A DNA stretch of 64,000 nucleotides, from assembly GCA_004431415.1 (NCBI GenBank), contig QPMI01000275.1:1-64000 (forward strand). The letters run 5' to 3'. The stretch comes from Cyanophora paradoxa CCMP329. Its lineage: Eukaryota; Plantae; Glaucophyta. Of the stretch, positions 10,901 to 22,000 are shown piece after piece (position 1 is the stretch's first letter; every line of letters begins with the position of its first letter). The translations under genes and the position numbers were made by a program. The notes below the pieces were generated by a model that was given only the letters and a program-made list of their open reading frames with translations, was not told the DNA's origin and ran no database searches.

Positions 10901-13900
10901 CCCGCCCGCCCGCCCGCCCGCCCGCCCCGCCGCGCTTGACGGGCCGCAGCGCCGGCGGACGGGGCGATGTACGTCGGCCTCACGGCCGCCGTCCGCGGCA
11001 CGGCCGACGCGAGCCGCGCGGGGACCACGTTCGCCGTCGACGCCACCCACTTCTCCGTCCTGTCGGGCGGTCCAAGCCGCCCGCCACCCGCCGTCCGCCC
11101 GTCTCTTCCCCCCTTTCTGACTAGGCGCCCCTTTCTTTTTCGGCGCAGGCAATTACTACGACGAGGCGGTGGACCCTCGGCCCTTCAACCTCGCGCCCCC
11201 CGTCGACGTCGTCCGCGGCCCGGCCGGCCCCGTCGCCGCCGGCGCGCCCGTCACCCTCACCGTCGCCCGCTCCCTTCTCTACCGGGTCCGTCCTTGCAAA
11301 TCTTTTATGATTACACGGTCTCTTCTAACTTTTCTTGTTTTCGTCTTCTTAGGGCGCCGACTGGAGCTGGTCGACTCCCTCGGACGGCGATGGAAGCGCG
11401 CCGTCCCTCACGTACCGCTGCGTCGAAAGCTGCGCGCCGGGGGCGCCCTCGGCCCCTCAGCGGGCGGCGCTCTCGGCCTCCCCCGGCGCCCGCGGGGCCT
11501 ACTCGGCCGACCTCGGCGCCCTCCCGCCCGGACGCTACCAGGCGCTTACCGCCGACTCCGCCGCCGAGTTCGAAGTCGCCGCCGGTCCGAACCTGAGCCT
11601 CACCTCACCTGAGCTCTGCCTGAGCTTCACCTGAACTCCGCCTTCGCCCAGGGGGCCGGCCGAGCGCGGCGGAGAGCTACGCTTTCCTTTCGGAGGCGCC
11701 GAAGGCCGCGACGTCCGTACCCCGGGTGCGATCGATTGAATGTAAAGTGGAGCTGCCCGGATTCGAACCGACGCCGCTCGCTCTGCAGCGCATTGCGTTT
11801 GGTGTGGTGTGGCGGGACGCGGCGGGGGGCCTCGCGGCGCCCGACCCCTCCGCCCTCGCCGCCGCCCTCGAGGCCGACGGCGGCGGCCCGGCCCCGCCCC
11901 TCGCCGGCCCCCGCGCCTCCTCCCCTCCGGCCTCTACGAGGTACCCCCGCCCGCCCCGCGCCCGCGCCGCCCTGACGCCCGCGGCGGGTCGCGGCGGCGC
12001 TCCTGCGGGCGGCTTCGCGCTGCGGCTGAGCTACGGCGGCGCCGCGCTGCCCCGGGCCCCCTCCGCTTCTCCGTCGCCCCTACCCCTCCCCCTCCCTTCC
12101 CCTCCCCTCCGCGAGCCCCTCCCCTCCCATCCCCGGCGCCTCCTCGCCCCCGTCCCGACCCCCACCCCCGGCCCTCCCCGACCCCGCCCCCGGCTGGGAG
12201 GGCGCGCGCCCGTCGCTGGTCGCGTGCGGCGGCCCCGCGCCGCGCGCCCTCCCCGCGGCCGCCCCCAACTGCTCCTTCCCCGCCGGCGCCCCCGACCAGG
12301 CGCTCTGGGTCGCCCTCGCACCCCCCGAGGGAGTGTTCCCCCCTGCCGGCGCGGCGCCGGCTCTGCTCGCGGACGTCTCGTGCCACCCGCCTGAGCGGTC
12401 CCTCGTGAATCTTACACGCTTTTCTGTGTTCGAGGATGCGCCGCCGCCCTGGCCTCTCTACTGGGTACGCGTTCCTCTTCGTTCGCTTAAGCGTCCGCCC
12501 CCTTCCGACCCCCCCGCAGCTGGCACTCAACGCGACGGCGGCGGGCGCCTGCAACGCGACCGTCGGCGGCGCCGCCGGAGCGCCCCGCGGAGTTTTCTCG
12601 ATTACTGTCCTCCCCGGTCCGCCCCGCCGTCCCTTAGATTTCAGGCGGGGCGCCGCCTGAGGGGGCGGCAGGCGCCGTGGACGCGCTGCGGTCGCGGCTG
12701 GAGGGGGGCGGGCCGGCCGCGCTGCCCCTCCTCCTCGCCGGCCCCGACGCCAACGCGTGCGCCCCGCCGCCGGCCCCGCGCGCCCCGCGCCCCTCAGCGG
12801 CCCGCAGGACGCTCCGCTTCTGCGCCGCCGACGCGTACGGCAACGCCGTCGCCCGCCGCTCGCCCCGCCGCTCGCCGCCGTGCTCGTCAACGCCTCCGCG
12901 GCGCGCCGCTGGCGGTGCCGGCGGAGGCGGAGGCGGCCGGCGGCTGCGCGCGGCTGCGCGTGCGGGCGCCGCGGGGCAGTACGCGCTGGAGCTGCGGCTC
13001 GGGGGCGCGCCGCTGCGGGCGCCGTGGCTGCCGCGCGGCGCCAGCGTCTTCGTGGACGGGCCGCCGTGCAGCACGCCGGCCCTCCTCTGCCCGACTGGTC
13101 CTGCGCCCCCGACCCCGCCGCCTGCGCCACCCGCCGCCTCTGCTTCGACGGCTCCGAGGCGGCCGACGGGCGCCCGTGCCCCGCGTGCGCGCCCCGCCGC
13201 CGGCCCCGCGCGGCCCGCCCGCTGACGGCGGCCGCAGCCGCCGTGGCTGCGGGCGGTGCGGGCGGCGGATTTGCCGCTCGTGTTCGGGCGCGGGCGACGG
13301 CGGAGGCGACGGCGGCCGACGCCTCCGGCGAGCCCCTCGCGCGCGTCGCTCTCTTCGGCGGCGGCGCAGCGGCGGCGGAGGCGGGGCGGCAGGGGCGGAG
13401 GCGATGGGGCCGGGGACGAGGCGCCGTTCGGGGCGCTGCGGGTGGGCCCCGGGCGGGGGCCGGGCCGGGGCGGCTCTCGGCGGCGGTGGCGCTGGCGCTG
13501 GCGGCGGCGGAGGGCGCGCCGCGCGGCCTCACCGGCGCGCTGCTCGCGCCGGCCCTCGGGCCCGTCGAAGTCGCCCTCCGCGCCGCCGTCCCGCCCGACG
13601 TGCGCCGCCCCGCCCCCGCCCTCGCGCCGCGCCGCGGGCGCTGAGTGGGCGGCAGGCGCGGGGGCGTGCGTGGCGCGGTGGAACGCGAGCAGCGGGGCGT
13701 GGGTGTGCGTGCCCGGCGGGACCCGCTTCGAGCCGGACGCGGCGGGGCGGCGCGGCGGGCGGCGCGGGCGCTGGCGCCGGGCTGGCGCGTCGGGTGGTTC
13801 GCGGCGGCCGTGACCCTCGCGGAGCCCCTCACGCTCGCCCTCGTCGCGCTGCCCGCCCCGGGCCCAGCCCGCCCCCGCCCCCGTCCCCGTCCCCGTCCCC

Positions 13901-14686
13901 GGCCGAGACCCCTTTCCTGTCCCCGTCACCGACCCCGTCACCATCCCCGTCTCCGGCCGCGGGGCCCTTGCCGTCGCCCGGCGCGGGGAATGGGACGGAG
14001 GCGCGGAACGCGAGCGGCCCGCGGCCGTGCGCGGGCGGCGCCGGCGCGAATCCCACCACCGACTGCGGCGCCGGCGACCCTCCGCCTCTGCAGGGTCCGC
14101 GCGCACTCGTTTTGCTTCGTTTGTTTCGCGAGCGGCCGCCGCAGCGGACGTGCGCGCATCGGAGCCGGCGACGCCGGGCGGCGGCGGCGGCGGGGCGGCG
14201 GCGGGCGGCGTGCTGGGCACAGCGGCGGCGGTGGCGGCGCTGGCGTGCGTGGCGGCGGCGCGGCGGCGGCGGGCGCGGCGGGCGCGGCGCGAGTACGAGA
14301 GCCTGCTGGTGCGCGGGCCGGGGCCGGGCGCGGGCGGGCGCGGGCGCAGGGCGGGCGCGAGCCGGGGCGGCGCAGCGGGAGGACCTGGACGCGGCGGCCG
14401 GCGGCGACGGGGCGGCCGAGGAGCACTGGGCCCCAACGCCCTCGCCGCCCGCGCCCGCCGCCCCGCGCCGGCAGAGGCGAGGGGGGCGGAGGGGGCGCGG
14501 GAGGGGCCGCCCGCCCCGTCCGAGGCGGGCGATCGCGAGGGGCCGGCGGGGGCGGCGGAGTGGGAGCCGAACCCATCGTACCCTTCCGGGGACGGCGGCG
14601 GGGAGGGCGGGGAGGGCTCCTGGGAGGGCAACCCGTCCTACCCGCCCCGCGCGGGGACCGCTACCCCTCGGGAAGCCCCGTCCTGA
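7926..14686 (+). CDS. Single-pass type I receptor, copy A: signal peptide, integrin-beta-like hybrid/vWA region, L-type (legume) lectin-like domain, filamin/Ig-like repeats, (SP)n stalk, TM helix, tail with two NPxY motifs
   Basis: Signal MGRLRLLLALLALLSPARS. vWA-like strands VPLDVHFVSDRS, DLRFGLAA and WRAGARRLLVIRFDG. Lectin motifs AGSMFFAQRV, GVALVLHG and GVGYGGVPRSVAVELDCGRDAAAGDPDANHASVH. Filamin-like GGFALRLSYGG and [26 protein letters not shown] stalk; TM GGVLGTAAAVAALACVAAA followed by RRRR; tail WEPNPSY...WEGNPSY. Some homopolymer frameshifts. Confidence 0.8.
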
Positions 14687-15144
14687 TCGTGGCCCGGCCT
14701 CTATCCAGACTCCAGCTGCAGATCTAGAGGCTAGCGCTTGATCTGGAATTGAAACTCTGTGACCCCATATGCATGGCCAGCCCCTGACGCCGACCCGGGC
14801 CCTCTGCATGCACCCTAGGCCTCATCGATCAGAGATTTCCGTCCTCAAAGAGGCGATCCGTCCTTCCCGCATCGCCCATTGACCGTATACCCTCTCCACA
14901 CCCAGTCGTACTAATGTATAATTATGTAACCAGCAATCTAATATCACGCTTTTGTGCACATGTGAATGTTTTCATTACGGTACATATATACGACGTAGCG
15001 CTTTTCTGCACAGAAAGAATATTATATATAATTATCGTACATGGCCATAGGCCTGAGAACTCGAAAACGCCGTCTCTACAAAAACGAAAGTGCGAAAAAG
15101 ATGTTGCATTTGATTTATCGATGGGCGGATTAGCGATCGTTGCA

Positions 15145-17264
15145 TTACTGCTGGCGGACGAATTCGAAGGCGCCCGTAAGAACGACGCCGAAGACTGCAG
15201 CGATGAAACTGACGGCGGCCGCGAAGGGAGCCATCGGCACTGCTGCCGAGAAGTACGGGACCGACGCCGGCGCCGGCGCCGCTGCGGCGGTCCACGTGAA
15301 CGCGTTCGCGAGCGTGAAGGCTCGGAAACTGTTCTTGTCCGAGCTGATCCGCAGGTCGAAGCCCTGCCCGACGTCGAAGCCGGCGTTCGTCGCCTGAAGG
15401 AGGGCGCGCCCCGAGGTCGAAGTGGACACCTGACAGGAAGCAAGCGCAGGGGCGCCTGCCGAAACGCCATCGATATCAGTCCCAAATCAAAATCCGAATT
15501 CAAAGATATCGATATAGAAGCGCACGGAAACGAATGATGGTTCGCGAGACGACGCGGGGGTTGACTGCTGGGCACGCGCGGCCCCCGGGGCTGATGATAA
15601 TGATTGTAATCGGTTCCCCTTCGGGGAAGCCGTCCCCGACAATGTCGACGTCACCTCCCTCCTGCGCACGCCCACCGCGTCAGCGATCGTGGTCTTGTGC
15701 ATGATCGCGATTCGATTTAAATTTCAGATCACTGTAGCTAGTTAGCTTGCATGCCTTCGATGTTTGAATGACCGGCTTATCGAGGCGAGCTGTGTTGCTC
15801 GCATCGAAGACGAGACGAATGTTAGAGGATGCGCCAACGCCTTGTACAATAACCTGGGTGATTGTCTGCGCGCCCGCGGGTTTCGGCGTGATGAATCTAA
15901 AGCAAATCATGACTCTACAGATCTAGAAAAGCAGACGCGTATACAAATGAAATGCGCCCACCGCCTGGAATGGGGCGACGTCTGGAGCCGCGGTTGGCGT
16001 CGGCTTCGGCGCGGATGCCGCAGGGGACGGGGACGGCGTTGGGGCGTCGGGGGCCGTTCCGGGCGTGGAAGGCGAGGGAGAGGGCGTGGCTTGGGCGGAT
16101 CCGGGGCTCGTCGGCGAGGGGCTGGCCATGGACGACGTCGACGGGGAATTCGAAGGCGTCGGGGCCGATAGCTCGGATGGCGAGGGGCTGGGGCTCGGGC
16201 TCGCGCTGGGGCTGGGGCTGGGGCTCGAGCTCGGGCTGGGGCTGGGGCTGGGGCTGGGGCTGGGGCTCGCGCTGGGGCTGGGGCTGGGGCTGGGGCTGGG
16301 GCTGGGGCTGGGGCTGGGGCTGGGGCTGGGGCTCGGTGTCTCGCTGCGCGGTGGAACGAAATAATCAGCCCGGGCAATCGCAATTGCAAGCATCGCATCG
16401 AGACCGTTGACCTCGGCGACGGGGATGGGGACGGGCTGCAGTAATATTAATGTCAAAGATTCGGTGAGATTGGCGAAGGGGGCGCGCATTCACCTGGGCG
16501 AAGGAGAAGGGGTAGGGGTAATGGGATTCACGCATTTATTATTGACGGTATCCGCCACAAGAGGTTGGTTGCATTTGCAGATCGGTGTGCCGGCGCCGGA
16601 GTTTCCAAGGATGGCCCCATCCTCCGCACAGACGTTGACGCAATAGTTCGAGGAGTTGTAGACAGAGGTGACCATAGGCGAATTGCAGCAACAAAAATCG
16701 GTTGAACCCGCGGTATACTTCTGTCCGTTGGTGCAGACCCCAGAGCAGACTTCTCCTGGGGCCTTGTGGGAGATAGATTTGGCGGTGACAAAGTCGCGTG
16801 TGCGGGACCCGAGCTGCTGCTTCTGGGGGCGCGAGCTCGAGGTGGCACGCGTAGCACGTGGAGGAGCACCGGCACCTGCTGGCGTCCATGATTGATATCG
16901 ATAAAGTGATTAAATACTGATGATGTCATGACGGACCAAGGTTGGCTGTAAACGTGGCGATGCCTGCGACTGCTTGCAGTTCTGCGGGCTCATGCATTTG
17001 GCCAGACACGAACTCCGTCGACGTCGATTCTGAAGCGCATTTGGGGTGATGACCTATGAAAGCCGAGCCGCTCAAGCTTGCCAAAGTTGGGCTTTGCTGT
17101 TGGATATGCGCATGCCCTGCAGCCGCAACTGCACATGTACATGTTGAAAACCAGAGCATTCCAATGAACACCGCATTTGCGAGGACGACCGAAGCTGATG
17201 CAGCACACGACGCGTTGCTATTTGCTCGGCCGCGCGTGCATGCACAGATGTCGGCGATCCGCAT
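15145..17264 (-). CDS. Secreted or surface (Ser-Pro)n glycoprotein (HRGP-like) with a Cys-rich module and a hydrophobic C-terminus (TM or GPI signal)
   Basis: Hydrophobic N-terminal segment [24 protein letters not shown]. Cys-rich exons (CSGVCTNGQ; [10 protein letters not shown]...[21 protein letters not shown]). Long AGCCCC hexamer array encoding (SP)n at ~16180-16335. SGRALLQA motif, then [20 protein letters not shown] and a stop at 15145. Start codon uncertain. Confidence 0.7.
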
Positions 17265-17816
17265 GGTCGGCTTTGGCTTAAAGCTTGCTGCAGCTGGCGA
17301 GTGTCGACGTCGCGGCGTCGTCGCCGCCGTTGAACGTGTACGTATACGTATACGTTCGGTCGATCACGATTCGCGAGCGAGCAGCTTCCCAAGTTCAACT
17401 TGTTCAAGGCTTCACCAGGACTCCGGGACTCTCAGATTCTCAGTCCAAGGCTCCACGGCGGAGTCCACGCTCAAGCTCAAGGCCGGAGCGATGATCAACG
17501 TTAAGTAACGACTGTAACGATCGCGGTTGCCGGCGGTTGCAAATTGCGAAACGTCGCCGGCGACTCGCCGCGCGCGGCGCGACGGGTCTCTGGCACTCTC
17601 TGCGGCGAGTCTGCCCAAGGCGGCACGGCTGCAACTTTTTAATACTGCCTTTCGTGTAGATTTGCAGCAGCAAGAGTCCGCCAATCGCGAGGCTGTTAGC
17701 AACTCGGTGCGCCTTATGTGCAGATCTCTCTCTCTAGAGTCTAGAGCTGAGTCTGGCACTGCAGTAGGTACGTATACGTAGTACGTACGTATACTAGTAG
17801 TAGTCGTCGTATACGT

Positions 17817-18153
17817 AGTGGGACCTCTTAGTAGGTACGTACGTATACGTAGTGGGACCTCTTAGTACTGTACATGTAGGCGTAGTTTTTTAGCCGTGGT
17901 AAATAATTGCCGTAAATTGCCGATCGAGAGGCCGAATTCGGCAATTTAGCAACACGGCAATTGCTTGGGGGGTAGGTATTTGCTTAGCCCGCCATAGAGC
18001 AAAAATCTGGATTCGGCAATTTATTGCCACGGCAATTCCGGTTTCGGACCAATTCGGCAATTTTACTACGCGGCAATTTAACTACAGTACGTTTACGCCT
18101 ACAGTATGTACGCCTCCGGGAACTTTTGGAAGTGGGACCTCTTAGTAGGTACG
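17817..18153. repeat. Three copies of AGTGGGACCTCTTAGTA(GGTACG), the second and third separated by a MITE-like insert
   Basis: Copies start at ~17817, ~17851 and ~18131. Confidence 0.85.
17875..18103. mobile_element. MITE-like non-autonomous element (~230 bp)
   Basis: 10-bp terminal inverted repeat TGTAGGCGTA (17875-17884) / TACGCCTACA (18094-18103). Eight internal AATTGCCG/CGGCAATT motifs (two in one orientation, six in the other). AT-richer than the flanking genes, and non-coding. Confidence 0.5.
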
Positions 18154-18309
18154 CACCGCCGGTACCGGGTACTGCCGTGAATGGTCACCGCCGACTCACC
18201 GGGTCACGGTCCGGGTGTACTGCCCCTAGGCGCCGGTACACGAACGGTAAACGGCTAATCGAACGGTACACGTTCTTCGAATTTTTTTAATTTAACACAA
18301 TTGAATTTC

Positions 18310-19085
18310 GGCCGCGGCCGGAGTCGCCGCCGGACTCCAGCAGTGGACCGGCACTCGCCCCGGGTCGCCCGGCCCCGGCCCCCGAGTCGACGTCGGACCG
18401 GGAGTCCGGGACTCCGGGAGCAGCGTCCGACGGTCGTCGTCACGGCGTCGTCCGACGGTCGTCGCTGCAGGCTGCACTGCAGCAGCGAGTCCAGCGACCG
18501 GACCCAACTTCACCCAAGGCCCAAGGGCCAAGACTCCCGAGTCCGGGAGTTTCGCGGAAAAACTTTTGAAACTAACAGCACGTCACGACTCACGAGTCAC
18601 GACTCACGAGTCATGAATCATGATCACGTGCACGGCCGGGCCCCCTCAGGATCGCGTACGCGTGCACGTGAGAGTCACGTCCGTCACACTGCCCAAGTCA
18701 CAGGGGCCACCCGCGGCCGGCCGCGGCCCGCGGGCCAGTGTGACCACAGCCTCCAGGCCCTCCACTGGGCCACAGGGGCCCAGGGCCCAGGCTCCACACT
18801 GGCAGCCTGTGAGTCTGTGACCACAGCTGCAGTGACCGACGGTGCCACTGACCGTCGGACCGTCTTAGACGGTTAGACCGTGTCGGACGTGCACGGTGCA
18901 CTGCAGTCTGCACTGAGTGACTCTCAGAGTCTGCACAGACTGCACTGACTCTGCCACTGCCAGTGACTCTGCACTGAGTCTGCACTGACTCTGCACTGAG
19001 TCTGCAGTGCTGCCACTGGGCCGCGGCCCGCGCGCGGCCCGCGGCCCGCGCGGCCCGCGTAAGCATACGTATACGTATACGTAAG
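18310..19085. repeat. Low-complexity mosaic of short palindromes and their tandem expansions
   Basis: Dense GACTC/GAGTC, GTGCAC, CTGCAG, CCGCGG and TACGTA, plus the (GTCACGACTCACGA)-type and (CTGCACTGAnT)-type iterations. No credible ORF. Confidence 0.8.
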
Positions 19086-19086
19086 C

Positions 19087-22000
19087 ATGCATACGCGTGT
19101 AATCGTAACGCTGCAGCTGGTCTTTGGCCTGCTGTTGTTTGTCCAACCCTGCCGGCCTCTTGAGCTTGCAGCTGCGCATCCGGCTACAGCGGCATTCGTG
19201 CAGACGCAGGTGCATCAGAGAGAATGCGATATCAACCCGCAGTATCACGCAGACGTCGAGCTCGGTGGGGTGTCGGGCTCGGCAGGGCCTTCAGCATGCG
19301 CAGCTGGCGCCGCAGCGATAGCGTGCACAGCTGCAGATGCAGCTGCGACTCGCGCTATCGATATTGCTGAGGCTGCAACCGGCTGCGGTTCGGCAACGAC
19401 AACTCACGTGCACCCACAAATTTCAATCGAGGCACATGATGAATACGCATACGCACACGCAGACGCCGCGTTCGGCGCTGGCGCCAAAGACGAACACGAA
19501 CATGATCATGAGCAGGCGCACGCGGGAGCAATGGGGGAGCACGGAGGGCCGTACGACCACCCCGAGGTGCGTCGACGTCTCAGCTCGAGATTGTATGCCG
19601 CAGTGCATGCGTACAAGTAGAAACTCGTGCTTGATTGTGGACCGACTGACGCTGTTTCTTTCCGCAGTTGCTCAAAGACCTGCTCACCGCCGATGAAGTG
19701 AACTTCTTAATTGACTTGAGCGATCAACAAAAAGAACCGTATCTTTACCTGCATCCACAAGGTCCGCTTATTCTATGCGCGCGCACCTACGCGTAAAATT
19801 CGAGACACGAACGTCCGTAGAATTCAGGAATGGTAGCCGGCTACGGTCTGTTATCGAAAAGATTATTGACCGCCTCGGTCCTTCGTATTTGTATGAAGAC
19901 ATCCTCTCCGACGGCGTTCGCATTTTCTTGTGAGTTTTAAGGCCGGGCTTCGATGTGATCATTCAAGAACTGCCGATCGTGCTGCAGTACTAGTGCACTG
20001 CGCGCATGCGGCACGAGCACGTGCGCACCCCTCACACAGCTCGCAGATACGCCCCTGAAAATACCAGAACCGTATTTGCGAATGACTATCACAATGATGC
20101 GTGAGTAAATATAATTCTTAAAGCTTTGCTGCCAAATCGCAAATCTTTTAATTTCTAAAGACGAAGTTCTCTTTGCGTGCCCGGCCGCGCAGTTGCTGTT
20201 TGGATGACTGTGGGGAGTGGTACAAAAAGTGCGTATACGTATACACGACTAATTGAAAAACTAGAGGTCGAACGGTAGGATAGAAGCGAGGGATTTAGAT
20301 CCCTCGCGGGTGTGGCGGAGGCGCTAGGCGTGCTTCCGTTCAAGAAGCGGCGGCGTCCCCCGTTCTCGAGGCGCAGAAGAATGCGCGCACCTCGCGGGCG
20401 CTGTCGTACGTCAGTTCCCGTACAGAGAGAGGTACGTGCGCTCGCGCGCTGCCTCTTGGCTCTGTTTCTGCTCCGTGACGAGTCTCAGTGATTTGAGCGG
20501 AGCCGTCTTCAGCGGGATTTAGATCTCTGGATTTGGACAGAGTTTAGCCTAGAGGCTTTTGCCTGCGCGATGCAGGAGCTGCACTCACCGGGCGTGGCCG
20601 CGGTGAGGAGCTAAAGGCGCTGCCCGACAGCAATTTGATCGGGAGGCCAAGACAACGATTCCAGCAGGGAACGAGGCAGGACTCTGAAAAGCGAGTCAGC
20701 AGTGTCGGAAAAGAAGGAAAGAAGCCCGAACCGCGGCGGTGGGCGAACGATTGACGTGGAGGGGCTTGCCGCCGCCCAGGGCGTTGTCGATAGGCGGGGC
20801 ATTTCGCATCGTTCTGTGCGGTCGTAAGACTTGAGCGACGGCGCGGGCGGCGAGGTGTCGGCGTCTGGGCGCACGGAAGCGAAGTTCAAACGCGGCGAAT
20901 GTGCTTTTTGCAGCAGGGTACGTGACTTTTATAGGACCCGGGGGAGGAGACCCCAGGGGGGTACGCTGTTATGCGTGTTGCAATTTGGACCTTGCAAGTT
21001 GGGTACATGATTGTATTTTTAAAAAAAACAAACAACGCCGAGAAGGCTATTCTTTCGCGCGAGAAAGAGACAGCCGAGGCGCTGCGCGCGCGGCGGGGGG
21101 CGGCCGCGCGCGCTGCGCCGAGGCTGTGACCCACCACTAACCCAGCGGAGATTTCCGCTCGGCCGCGGCCTGCGAGATTCTCAGTACCAGAGGTAAGGCA
21201 CGGAAATGAACGGGTTGCGTACGCGTTCAAGCGGAGCTGGAGGCTCCGTCCGATTAGCCCGACCTGCTGGCGACTGAGTGAGTAGTCGCAGCAGGCCGTG
21301 GCCGCCTTCGTATTTTCGAAGAATGCGGCAAGAATGCGGCTAGCGCTGACGCAATGTCTAGATCTGTTACAGGGTTTGGAAGGCGTGCACGGGGAGGGCG
21401 AACCCAGGGCGAAGGGTGGCGCCGAGCACTGTTGGAATGGGCAGATCCGATGTGCATCAGATCAAGGGCCGACGCCAGGACGGCAAAGAGAAGAGTAAAG
21501 CTCTGAAGATGAAGAGAGCGTGCAGGAGCATGCAAGTGCGCATGCAAGAAGTGAGCCGACTCGGAGATTGACTCGGAGTGAGCTGAAGCGAGGTGCACCG
21601 CGGAGGTGGAGAGAGAGACAAGGAGAAGCAAGATGAAAGGAATGTGCTCGTGCGGGGGATGAGCTTCAGCTCGGGTGCTGCGCCACTCGGGAATCAGTTG
21701 GCGAGCGTCGAACGCGCGTCTGGAGGCGCGTACCTGGTAAGCGAGCATATAGCTGCTGTTCTGCGGGCAGAGAAAGATCAGGAATCTAGCTCGGGAAGAG
21801 CAAGAGCGCAGAGCACGCACGCGCTACTGGAATGAGCCGGTCCGATGCGCATCAGATCGAGGGCCGACGCCAGGACGGCAAAGAGAAGAGTAAAGCTCTG
21901 TAGATGAAGAGAGCGTGGCCTGCAGGAGCATGCAAGTGCGCATGTAAGAAGTGAGCCGACTCAGAGATTGACTCGGAGTGAGCTGAAGCGAGGTGCACCG

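Noticed and set aside
16065-16410. (Gly-Leu)n and (Trp-Gly)n ORFs on the plus strand
   Set aside because: These are antisense readings of the AGCCCC array that encodes (Ser-Pro)n on the minus strand.
17817-18153. AGTGGGACCTCTTAGTA repeats as a CRISPR array
   Set aside because: Only three copies with irregular spacing, low-complexity spacers, a eukaryotic context and no cas genes.
21495-21640. Second hammerhead at the plus-strand CTGAAGA (~21503)
   Set aside because: No stem II/GAAA/stem III arrangement follows, and the paralogous position in the tandem copy reads CTGTAGA.
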